A stretch of 64,000 nt of DNA from Nemertoderma westbladi (lineage: Eukaryota; Animalia; Xenacoelomorpha), in the NCBI GenBank assembly GCA_032718475.1, contig JAUCBJ010001574.1, positions 1 to 64,000 of the forward strand, given 5' to 3'. A program made the translations under genes and the position numbers. The notes below the pieces were generated by a model. It was not told the DNA's origin. It saw nothing but the letters and a program-made list of their open reading frames with translations, and ran no database searches. Positions 11,661 through 23,000 of this stretch are shown here, one piece after another (within the stretch, counting starts at the first letter, position 1; each line of letters opens with the position of its first letter).

Positions 11661-13198
11661 TATCCTACCTGGTATAATTGCTGGTCTGGATTGATGTTGC
11701 TTGTTGTTGGTTGTTTCTAGAATGTCTAGCAAATAGAATGGAATGAAACGAATATACGAATACAGCTTCCTTAATCTCTCGTGAGCACTTTTTTTTTACT
11801 GGTTTTACAACTCCAATGTCGGAATCAGTATCATTTATTCGAGTGTATGATTTTCCAACCAACGAATATACAACGAGTAAGATAATGAAGAAATTATTAA
11901 GGAAATAACACAATTTCAGAGTGAGAACAAAAAAATTAGATATGGTATCAATATATTACCATGAAGATTACAAGTGATGAATTTTAATAAAAACATTCAG
12001 TTATATATAATTTCTGAATATGTGATGTGGCATAATCAACGTTGAAGAGATGGGATGTGGCATAACCAACGACGAATAAGAAAAGAGATGGGATGCAATG
12101 TGGATGAATGGTTGGTTGGTTGGTTGCGTGGATAGGAAATACGCGAACGAATATGAATCATTGGGTTGTGCGTAATAATAATCAATAATCAATAATTATA
12201 ATAAAAACGCGCGGTATAATGTTAGTAGTAGGCTTTCAATATGCCGCAGATGCTGAGGGTTAGGTTAGGTTGAGTAATAACAATGGAAATGTGAGAACAT
12301 GTACGTGACGCGTAGCGGAATTTCATGTATCATACTGGTTGGTTGGTTGGTTGGTTAGTTTGGTGACAGCAGTTGAGTAGCTCTAGCGGTGGGTAAATCG
12401 TTGAGTTGGCAATCAATATAATATAATAGCTCGGTGTGACGTGGTATATGCGTGGTGTGCGTAGATGGCCACGTCGTCCATGACTGGCTCTATCATCGTT
12501 GTCATCATATACAGTATGTGGTAGCGTGGCGAAAAGGGGAGTAACCGGAGAGCTAGGCAAGCAAGCATCGCCGTTGGTTGGTTGGTTGGTTGGTAGGTAA
12601 CAGCAGTCGAGTAGCGATGGGATGGGTATGTGGGGGCTAGCCATGCATCGTGAGGTTAGGCTACGCAAAGATGAATATGCAACGATTGGTTGATGCAACG
12701 ACGCGAATCAATACTGATGGGTGGTAACAGCTGTCGAGTAAAGCGGGCATCGCGAGGTTAGGCTACGTGTAGAAGAATATCGGTGATTGGTTGATGGCAA
12801 CGACGCGAATCAATACTGATGGTGACAGATGGTCATTAAACACCGTAATTTAGCTCCGAAATTTGGCATTTTGAATAGTCCTCCGAGATATCTCCAGCCC
12901 AAGCTAGGGAGGACTATGGTGAGGAACCCTCATCCTCCACTACTATTGTGAGTCAGACAAAATAGAGTATTTATTTAAATAACTAATTAATTGAGTATTG
13001 ATTATGCGTTCATATAATTTACTGAATAGTGGTAAATAGTGGCTTATTCTGTACATACATTTATATATCTAGGCCTCTTGTGCTCTTAATTTTTGCTTCA
13101 TTTTTTTCCTTCTTTTTTTTTTCATACATACATATATTAATCTGTCTGTACTATTGTGTTTTAATCAATATGTACGATAATAATAATAATAAAAATAA

Positions 13199-16100
13199 TA
13201 ATAGAAATCGGGCGGTAATTGTTTTTATCAGTAGAGTCTCCTGACTTGTTAACTTATGTAATTTTTGCGTGTTTTAGTGTTGTGGGGAAGAAGCCATGTT
13301 GTACTAATAAATTTATTAAGCAAGTTAAGTGAGGTGCTAGATCGTATGCGGCCATTTTTACTAATTTAATCGGAAAAGTGTCGTTAGTGGCGCAGTTATT
13401 GTCCAAATCTATAATATTATATATTACTTCAATTTCGGTTGTTTCTAGTAAATAAAATGAGTTTGTCTTGCGGTGTTTTATAAAACGTGTGGAATTTCTG
13501 TAATTACGTGGTATTTTTGCAGCTAATTTTGAACCTACCGTAGCAAAGTGCTCGTTAAAAATATTTGCAATTTATTTTGGGTTGGTTATTTCATTAGTAC
13601 CTAATGGTGTTGTATTTGTTAATTTTTTGGGTGTATTTAAATTCTTTTTTAATTTATGTTTATTTTTATCAAATTGTGATATGTGTATTTTTTTTCTGCT
13701 GATCTAAGAATATTTGTGAGTTGGTTGCGGTATATTTTGTATTGTTGTTGGTTTTCTGATGTAGGATTATCGAGTTGCTTCACGTATAAATTTTTTTTAT
13801 TGTTGATTGTACAAGAGCTGGTGTCATCCACTGTTTTTTTGGAATTTAATTTTTACTTAGTGGTTTTTTTGGTAAGTGTTTGCCTGCAATCCAATTTAAG
13901 TCTTTATAGAAAGCTTAAATTTTTTTTTCTATTGGTGTATTAGGTTCCTTATATGTCCAACTCTGGTTTTTTTGTATATCGGAAAGAAATCTGGTTTGGT
14001 TGAATTTTGAATAATCATACATATTTAGTTGGCATGAGTAATTTTGTATAAAAACAAATGTTGCTAAGTGGTCAGTTGTTCCTAATTGGCCAGAGAATAC
14101 ACCAGATGAGATTAATTTATTACATATGTTTGTTGATATGTGGTCTGTTATTGTTCTAGAATATGGTGTAATTCTCGTTGATTTGTTGATAAGTTGTTCT
14201 AGACCATTAGATTCTAGGATTTCGATGTAATTATTGGGTGGATTGGAGCGTTTTAGTAAATCTATGTTAAAGTCACCTGTTAGCGCTATGTCTGTATAGT
14301 GTTATTAGTCAGTGTAGATAATAATGTGTTTAAGTTTTCATTGAAATCTGAGATTTTGCACGAGTCGGCTCTATATATTGTACCAACGAGAAGTGGTTTC
14401 ATGGGTGAATTTTTATTTCTTTTCCTAGAGATTGTGGCCCAAGTGGATTCACAGTATGGTAATGTAATAAATATCCTTAATTTATGTCACCGTTAGTTCG
14501 TTTTTTTATATAAATTGCAGTGCCACCCCGGTTTTTCCTGGCATTCGACCTGTTTGTAGTGTAGGTAGTCTAAATTGGAATCATCAGTTAGGAAAGTTTC
14601 TGTAAAAGTTGGTATATCAAATTGATGGTTAAGTGTTACTACTAGGATCGGCATGCTGCATTGCAGCTGCATTTTTAAGAATGCTGTACCGGCTTATCGA
14701 CAAATTGCACCGCCACAACTCCCTATCACCCATGACATTTGCTAGATCATCCGCATCGTCAAGGCCAGTGCCCTTTAAGATGCGTTTCAAGAAAGTCATT
14801 CAGGGCTGTCCACCATGCTTATTCACTCCATGAGGCTGCCAAAGTACAAGATTATGCACTGGCTGGTCCTCACGGCGAAAGCAATGTCCTGCAAAGCGGA
14901 GGCGATTTTGTTCTAGTGTCAAGCTTGGGGGAACCAATGAGACACCTCCAATGTTATATAGTGTCTGGTTGGAGATGTGTGCATTGTACTTGACACAATG
15001 AACCCGGCGTAGCATTCTTGTGAATGTGCCATCCAGAGATTTGGTGTCCTCAGCAGTTAGAGCCCAGCATGGACTCCCATAGAGGAGTACTGGAACTACT
15101 GCTGCTCAAAATAATCAGACCTTAAGTTTCCGATTAATTCTCGGTGACTTCCAAATCTTGGAAAGCCTATACAAGGCTGCCCATGCCTTTCCCTTACGTA
15201 TTCGAAGGTCCTCACCTGACTTCCGGATCCATGATCCCAGGTAACAGAAGTCATCCACATGCTCAAGCATACCATCTTTTGAGCTTATGCTCATCCGATC
15301 AGAGACTTGCTGAGGACTTTCAAAGTTAACTGTCAAAATTTTGGTCTTTCTGGAGTTAATAAAAATACCAACACTAGAAGCAGCATGTTCTAATGAGCTG
15401 AAGAGCCGTTGGGCTCCCTCTAGTGATTCTGAGAGTACTCCTAAGTCATCAGCAAAGTATAGATCAGTTAGGTACTTGGCAGGATTTCCTCGACTTCTGG
15501 ATCCAGTAGGTGGAGTTATCATCACCCCATCATTATTATGATGATCTAAGGACATGCGTGGAACATAGTCAACAACTATCACAACAATATAACAACATAG
15601 TCAAAATGAGCTTTAAACACTCAGGTATTTTAAAGACCTCAGGGTGAACACCATCTACTCGACTGGCACGATTGGTCTTAATGCTCTTTGCAGCAGCCTT
15701 CACTTCTGCAAAGGAGATATCAACAATGGGAATATCTGGGAGTACAGACTCAGACACTTTTACTTCTATAAAGTTATCAGGCAATACCCTGTCATTATTG
15801 AGGAGCTTTTCAAAGTGGGCCTTCCAACCATTGAGGCGATCGGCTGGTGATTCAGCCTTAACCTTTTTCTTAACCTTAAGGCTTTTTCGACCAGCAAGAA
15901 AGTTGATCGATCTCCATACCTGGGATGATTGCCTGCTGTCGTCAGCATCATTGATGGCATCAACCTGTTGGTTTATTAGCTCCTGTAAATTAACAGAGTA
16001 CTGCCTGTTCAGGGACCTAAATGCAGCCTTAACTGCATTCTTGGCCGCTGTAGGTGATCCACTATAGCGGGAAAATTTAGTTTAAGGCTCCTACAGTTCA

Positions 16101-16222
16101 CATGAAAAATGGAAAAGTTACGGATATTTTTAGATGGAAATGCTTTGTTAAATTTAGATTCATTGTAGTATTGACAATTTAGGTTGTTATTAGTCAGATT
16201 TGGATCAGGATCAATGCTGACT
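13199..16222 (-). mobile_element. CR1/L2-group LINE ORF2 remnant (APE endonuclease to start of RT), interrupted by an RTE insertion
   Basis: IDPD..N..CQYY..FSIFHVNCRSL (16070-16220), LTGDFNIDLLK (~14270), TRITPYSRTITDHI, TDH and KSGDSTDKNNYRPIS (~13200-13250). Many stops. Confidence 0.85.
14637..16060 (-). mobile_element. RTE-clade LINE copy 1 (5'-truncated, RT core internally deleted)
   Basis: LYFADD, FCYLGS, LRFAGHC. 3' end GATCCTAGTAGTA shared with copy 2. Lacks about 520 bp present at 51450-51985. Confidence 0.85.
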
Positions 16223-16324
16223 GTGGGGCGAGCCACGAAGTTGGCGGAGCCTTAGCGAATTGACACTGTTAGGGGGTGGGTCAATTTATGCAAATAGTTG
16301 TCGTCGTCGTCGTCGTCGTTGTCG

Positions 16325-16356
<32 letters not shown>

Positions 16357-16743
16357 GTCGTCGTTACGATTTTGACATGCTAATAACTTTGTCGGATTTA
16401 AAGCTGCCAAGTTGAAAATTTGTAGGTATCAATATGAGCAAAAGTTGAGATTTTTGAGAGACTTTCAGACACCATCAGTGCAATGGTCTCCCGCTAGAGG
16501 GCCACATGTCTAAACATTAAATGCCCTCCCATTTCTTTGCTTTTAATCCGTTTAAGCTGAAACTTGGCAGATATGTATTAGACCATTAGCTGTGACTTTC
16601 AAAGGAGGCGAATCCATCTGCAGTTCTCCAGTCTGCCGCTAGAGGGCCAACGTGACTATTTGCATAAATTGACCTACCCCCTAACCGTGTCAATTCGCAA
16701 AGGCTCTGCCAACTTCGTGCTGCGCGAAGTCCCCACTTCGTGT
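16223..16743 (+). mobile_element. Helentron/DINE-1-like (HINE) non-autonomous element
   Basis: Subterminal inverted repeats of ~65 bp (16234-16299 vs 16655-16720), (GTC)n microsatellite, 3' hairpin CGAAGT-cccc-ACTTCG. A related terminus occurs twice, inverted, at 32389-32492. Confidence 0.6.
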
Positions 16744-16798
16744 ATATATATATATTGTAATTTCACTTTATTGATAACAATCTATTAAATATTTCATA

Positions 16799-17062
16799 AT
16801 GAATCATCAAATTAATGTATTGAAAGAGAAGTCCTCCGATATAATTATAAAGAAAGAATCTACAGACAATGTTCCATATTCTCTTGAAGTGAAGCAACAG
16901 AACAGATCGTTTACAGATCGTCTCCCATCGAAGATCACAACAATTTGTTCGGTGGATTAGAGGTTGTCCCTGTACTAGATGACGAAGATATTTCTTATGA
17001 ACCATCTCGATATTCTTTTGTTGTCGAAAAGCGGGAAAACCACAGTCCAGACTGTTCGTTTG
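16799..17062 (+). pseudogene. Possible degenerate first coding exon (acidic, KxE-rich)
   Basis: An ATG-initiated frame runs to a GTAGGT donor once the 11-bp insertion at 16911-16921 is removed. Internal repeat PYSLEVKQQNRSSP / RYSFVVEKRENHSP. Confidence 0.3.
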
Positions 17063-17091
17063 GTAGGTATTTTGAAGTTGCAGATACAGAT

Positions 17092-17233
17092 ACGTTCGTG
17101 GGGCCTTCGCGCAGCACGAGGCCCAGTTATGAGATACAAATTAAAACTGAGCGACTGTATCACAAAATCAGTATTTGAGAAATTTACCCACACCACCAAT
17201 CAATTAAAGAAAGAGGTACAGTACGTGTTCAGC
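17092..17233 (+). repeat. Dispersed repeat, second copy at 19916-20057 (the copy interrupted by element A)
   Basis: Near-identical sequence beginning CGTTCGTGGGGCCTTCGCGCAGCACGAGGCCC (hairpin). Confidence 0.8.
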
Positions 17234-17366
17234 CCTTTTAATCTGCACCCCCCCCCCCCCCCCCCCCCACCCCCACCCTTCCCACCCACCAATACATAAC
17301 CGCGACATCTACCGCCCACAGAAGGGTACCACGAACTTATTTCCAATCGCACGTTCAATATGCAAA

Positions 17367-17800
17367 GCCAGGTGGTTTATAGGAATATAATAAACGCAGT
17401 ACTCGTTTTCATTATAAGCGTCGTTGCGTTCGTCCTGTTTTGTATTTAAATATATTTCTTAAACGCAGGCTAGGACGATCTTTATAATAATAATAACTAG
17501 GGATGCGATCAATGTGTGAAGCCAGGTGGTTTATATAATATTATAGTCAACGCAGTACTCGTCTTCTTTATAAGCCTCGTTGTGCTCGTCCTGTTTTGTA
17601 TTTAAATATATTTCCTAAACGCAGACTGGCGATCTTTATAACTACCAATGCGTTCAATAGGCGCAGCCAGGTATGGTTTATAGGAATATAGTCTACGCAG
17701 TACTCGTCTTCATTATATGCCTCGTTGCGCTCGTCGCTCGTCCTGTTTTGTCATAAAATATTTTTCCTAAACGCAGACTGACGACCTTTATACAGTTATA
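17367..17800. repeat. Three tandem ~150-bp repeats
   Basis: Units start GCCAGGT at 17367, 17521 and 17666 and share ACGCAGTACTCG...CGTCCTGTTTTGT. Confidence 0.8.
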
Positions 17801-18278
17801 ACTATGCGAAGTTTCGAAACTGTGCGAGTAACTGCTGATACATCTATTGTGGAGATGTGTGATACAACGCCAATGCATCGTATGCCGATGTAGTAATATG
17901 GGTATTGAAATAATATTAAATCAATGTACACTCTTAAAGCTGCAGCGAAAAATTGTAGCTAATTTCCTTGGTTACATATAAAATAATAAAATTATTTTTA
18001 AGAACATTAATTTTACTACTTTACAAAAATTCAATTAAAAAATAACCAGACAAATATGGGGTTGTGGGTTTTTCGCACGAGGAGGTACAAGAGCTGTTGA
18101 GCGTGGTCTCTGCGAGTTAATGAATATTAATAATAATGACCTTACTTTAATTTACTCTAAATCTGAATCTTAATGTTTTCTTTTGTGCTAATTGATTTAC
18201 CCTACCTTAAACTGTGTGTACTGTAGTTATTCCAGTTCGTGTCTGTACTGATGTTTATATTATAATAATATCATGTAC

Positions 18279-18313
<35 letters not shown>

Positions 18314-18938
18314 TGTGGAATAAACTATTTCAGATATAAGCCTACACAACAGCCATGCCATGGATAGTATTTATGTTATTATATCTGTCATTTACCTGAG
18401 ATAGCAATACAACATTTATAGTAGAGTCAATAGGAATTGGAATACAGGAAGGGATGGTGGGATGTGGGATTTAAAGAATGCTGTCTGGGATGGAATAGCA
18501 ATACTGGTTGCCTATTATAATTCCTCTCTGGTTAGTCTACAGCCACAACTCCCAGCCAGCTAGTTCCACACCAGCAGAGACTTGACCAATAATTGGCAGG
18601 ATTAAATTTGTACTCAATAATTGTGCCGTTTAATTACGTTTAGATCAATTAAAGACACATTTATTAAAGCAAATCACTTGAACTAATTAAAGACTATAAT
18701 AGAATGGGGTATGTGGATTACATCTGTATAATTTTTAAGTATAATTATTAAAATCTTATACTGTAAAATAATTAATTTCCTTTAAAAGGCAGGTTGAAAA
18801 TGGTGTTTTTACCGTAATCAAATTAATTAACTAATTAACTGCTATTATCTTAGCTTCTCGAAGGCCACACGGAAATTCAACTTGGAAAATATCTAAACTT
18901 TTAGTTTAGGGGGGGTGGTGGTTAAGTTTGATGTAAAT

Positions 18939-19898
18939 TTGATCTGGTGTATGTAGTGTATCCCTGTTTGATCTGGTGTATGTAGTGTATCCCTGGTGTA
19001 TGTAGTGTATCCCTGGTGTATGTAGTGTATCCCTGTTTGATCTGGTGTATGTAGTGTATCCCTGGTGTATGTAGTGTATCCCTAGTGTATGTGGTGTATC
19101 CCTGGTGTATGTAGTGTATCCCTGTTGTATGTAGTGTATCTCTGGTGTATGTAGTGTATCCCTGGGGTATGTAGTGTATCCCTGGTGTATGTAGTTTATC
19201 CCTGGTGTATGTAGTGTATCCCTGGTGTATGTAGTGTATCCCTATTTGATCTGGTGTATGTAGTGTATCCTTGTTTGATCTGGTGTATGTAGTGTATCCC
19301 TGGTGTATGTAGTGTATCCCTGGTGTATGTAGTGTATCCCTGGGATATGTAGTGTATCCCTGGTGTATGTAGTTTATCCCTGGTCTATGTAGTGCGTATC
19401 CCTGGTGTATGTAGTGTATCTCTGGTGTATGTAGTGTATCCCTGTTTGATCTGGTGTATGTAGTGTATCCTTGTTTGATCTGGTGTATGTAATTTATCCC
19501 TGGTGTATGTAGAGTATCCCTTGTGTATGTAGTGTATCCCTGTTTGTTTGATCTGGTGTATGTAGTGTATCCCTGTTTGATCTGGTGTATGTAGTGTATC
19601 CCTGTTTGATCTGTTGTATGTAGTGTATCCCTGTTTGATCTGGTGTATGTAATGTATCCCTGGTGTATGTAGTGTATCCCTGTTTTATCAGGTGTATGTA
19701 GTGTATCCCTGTTTGATCTGGTGTATGTAGTGTATCCCTGTTTGATCTGGTGTATGCAGTGTATCCCTGGTGTATGTAGTGTATCCCTGTTTGATCTGGT
19801 GCATAGTAGTGTATCCCTAGTGCATGTAGTGTATCCCTGGTGTATGTAGTGTATCCCTGGTGTATGTAGTGTATCCCTGTTTGTTTGATCTGGTGTAT
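18939..19898. repeat. Minisatellite of 20-bp (GTGTATGTAGTGTATCCCTG) and 30-bp variant units
   Basis: Direct reading. Confidence 0.95.
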
Positions 19899-20057
19899 GA
19901 TGCTGCAAGAAGGACACGTTCGTGGGGCCTTCGCGCAGCACGAGGCCCAGTTATGAGATACAAATTAAAATTGAGCGACTGTAACACAAAATCAGTATTT
20001 GAGAAATTTAACCACACCGCCAATCAATCAAAGAAAGGGGGACAGTACGTGTTCAGC

Positions 20058-23000
20058 TGTAAAAGCTTTTGCGGATATAACAAGTCATTTTTCTCCACAA
20101 TATACCGTGTAGGTGTTTTAGCGGACATAACAAGCCATTTTCTGCCGCAATGCGCCTAATACTCTAAAAGACTGGAACTCAGATGACGAAATCTATCAGC
20201 TGATTTACTGTAAACGTGGAACATCTCTTTGTTCAGCTCGCTCAGCCAATCAGAGCGATTTTCATTTTATCTTGTACAGAGGCCTATGGAAAACCGCGCA
20301 ATGCATTACGGTTTTTGTTTACTTTCTGAGCCTCAGAACATCGGCTTGGAAATTATTTCTGTGCTTCTGTGGAAGTTTCAGACTTTGGCCAACATTAGAC
20401 GGCTTTGATTATAAGAACGTAAATCTATTATCTTATCATATTGTCACATTGTCATACCGAACTGCATTATTTTACTTCTGTTTACTGTCTGTTATTAATT
20501 GTTGTTATATGTTGATGGATATGTTGTTATATTTGGAGAATACCGATAAATAATCATAAAACCCCAATCTTCTTTTCTTAATTACTGAAAGTAAGAGGGA
20601 CCGGTTACCTGTAGCAATTGCGACTAACATTATAGTGGTTTTTGTGTGAATTAAATGCTATTTCATAATCCCTACATGTGTCAGTTGCTATCCTCCTTAT
20701 ATATGATCAAATTCAGTGACGGTCGGCAGATCAGTGTGAAGCAGTGTGAAGTCGTGTGCAGTAGTGTGACAGATAATAAAGCATCTCCTAAAGAATGCGC
20801 TATTTACGGAAATCAGTAGCCATCTAGTTGTGTTTAGTATAAGTCATAACTCTGTTTTTATACTTAAAGCGCCACAGTCCTAAAGGAACTGTTAATATTT
20901 CCCCGAAAGTGAATAATATTGTCAGAGATTATATAGTAACGATCAATCGAATAATACAGTAGGTCTGCAACGCAATAAATTTCAAAGCACCCGAATCCAG
21001 TCTCCCTTAACTGTGGGTGAATGATCGCGCATAGACTGGCTTCGGCTAATGTTACTTCATGTGCACTAAATAATTGTTATAGGCTAAAGTCGATTTATAA
21101 ACAAGAGGACACCTAAAATTGGCAGGTTAAACTGCTAAAGGTCTGAAAGCGCGAACAATAATAGATTTTTAGTTTCTTTATTGCACCGTAGGCAATAAAG
21201 TCGAAGGTACCGGTCGAACGGTAAGCTGTAGGCCTAACTGCCCAACTACCCGAACCGGTACTTACAGGTACAACAGTATTATTCGATTTTGATAATTATA
21301 TACCGGTAGGTCTTGATATTTAATCAGGGACGGCCGCCCTGGTTTTTTATTGGGATTTTACTTATTTCTGTCAGTTTTATTTATCTGTAAGTGTAATATT
21401 GAGCAGAAGGTGTGTAAGCCCGCTCAAATTGTACAGATAATTTGTAGGCTGGATTGTTGTCTGACTGTTGTTAAGTCTGAAGAGATTGCAGTGTGTGTAG
21501 AGTGTATGTCCGATAAAGTACTAGTTAGGAAGGTGGGGGCATCCAGTGCTGTAAGGTAAATCCCCCCCGAAAGAATAAGTCGTACTACTCGGTTGGAACG
21601 CCTACTAACTAACCATTTCGGAGTCTGCATATACTGTAGTTTATTTAGGCTTGACAGTAGTCTGCCAGCGTTTGGTCTGTATTTTGTTTGTGTAGTCTGC
21701 ACGGGTAGCGTAATATTTATTACTCAGAGTATATGCGAGTATTCGCAACCTTCATAACTCCCCAAGTTTATTCCTACAGTAATTGTGCTTGTTATACATA
21801 CCGTTATAGTTAAACTAACCCCGGTACTACATCAGGGCTGCTTGGCGTAGGTATATGACTGGTGATTTTATGCTCTAGTCACTCCAGCAGATACCGATGG
21901 TTCTTTTAGCTGTACAAGTATATTTAACTGCTGGTTATTTGTTGTATAAGTATTTGTTCCTAATTTAGGGTTTAGTGTACAGTACTTTCCAAAGGTAATT
22001 AGTGTGTAGGCAGTATATTTGTGTTGTAAAGTGGTTAATAGGCACGTTAGCTCTGGTTGGCTGCGGTAATTAACTTCTAGGTAAGGACACTCCGGGTACA
22101 TAACGTAGTACTTATAGAGCTGTAGAGCTAAAGACTATAAGTCGTCAGACGGTGGTATTTTCTTATCTGGACAACGCAATATATTTACTACTGCTTAATT
22201 ATTTTCAAATACCGTAGTTTCCTGTCCGTTTGTAAGAACCAGAAATTCTAACTCCTTGTTAGGCTGGTTTGTAGATTTCCTGTAAAATTACCCTAAAATT
22301 TGTATGTGTAACTTTTGTGTTTATTTAGAGATTGTAATCTCACGTAGTAATTGTATCTAAATTGTAGTGATAAGTAACTTAGTAAAGTAGAAGAATTTTT
22401 ATTAGTGTCCAACAAGTAGCACTTCACTGAGAGCGTTCAGCTTCTGTGCAGTGACTCCTTACCGAGAAATAATAACATTTATTTCAAACATTGACAAAAC
22501 CCATTATACGGGTATATATACATTATAAATCAACTCAAACCAATTTATAAAATAGTAGGCCTGTTATACATCAATTAGGTCTTAATATCAGTTGAGCTAC
22601 TGCTTGATAACAGTAATAAAGTAAAGGAAAATAACCCTAAAATTCAGAAATTCAGTTATTCTAAAATAATTGACATTACCGGTATTTATAGTAGGCTTAT
22701 TATATTTATTTCTATAAATTTGGCTGAGATTATATACCGGTATTCTGTAATTAATCCTAGTTTGTAATAATACTTATATATACTATAAGTGTATGCTGTA
22801 TACCGGTATTTACGATAGGCTTATTGTATTTATTTCTATAAATTTATGCTGAAATTATATACCGGTATTCTGTAACTAAACCTAGTCTATAATATACTTA
22901 TATATATACTATAAGTGTATACCGGTATTCTAATATATTATATATATATCACGTTACACTGAGTAACGGTATCGGTAATTGATCACTAGGCTTACAGTTG

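Noticed and set aside
18922-19941. 339-aa repetitive ORF
   Set aside because: Translation of the 20/30-bp minisatellite.
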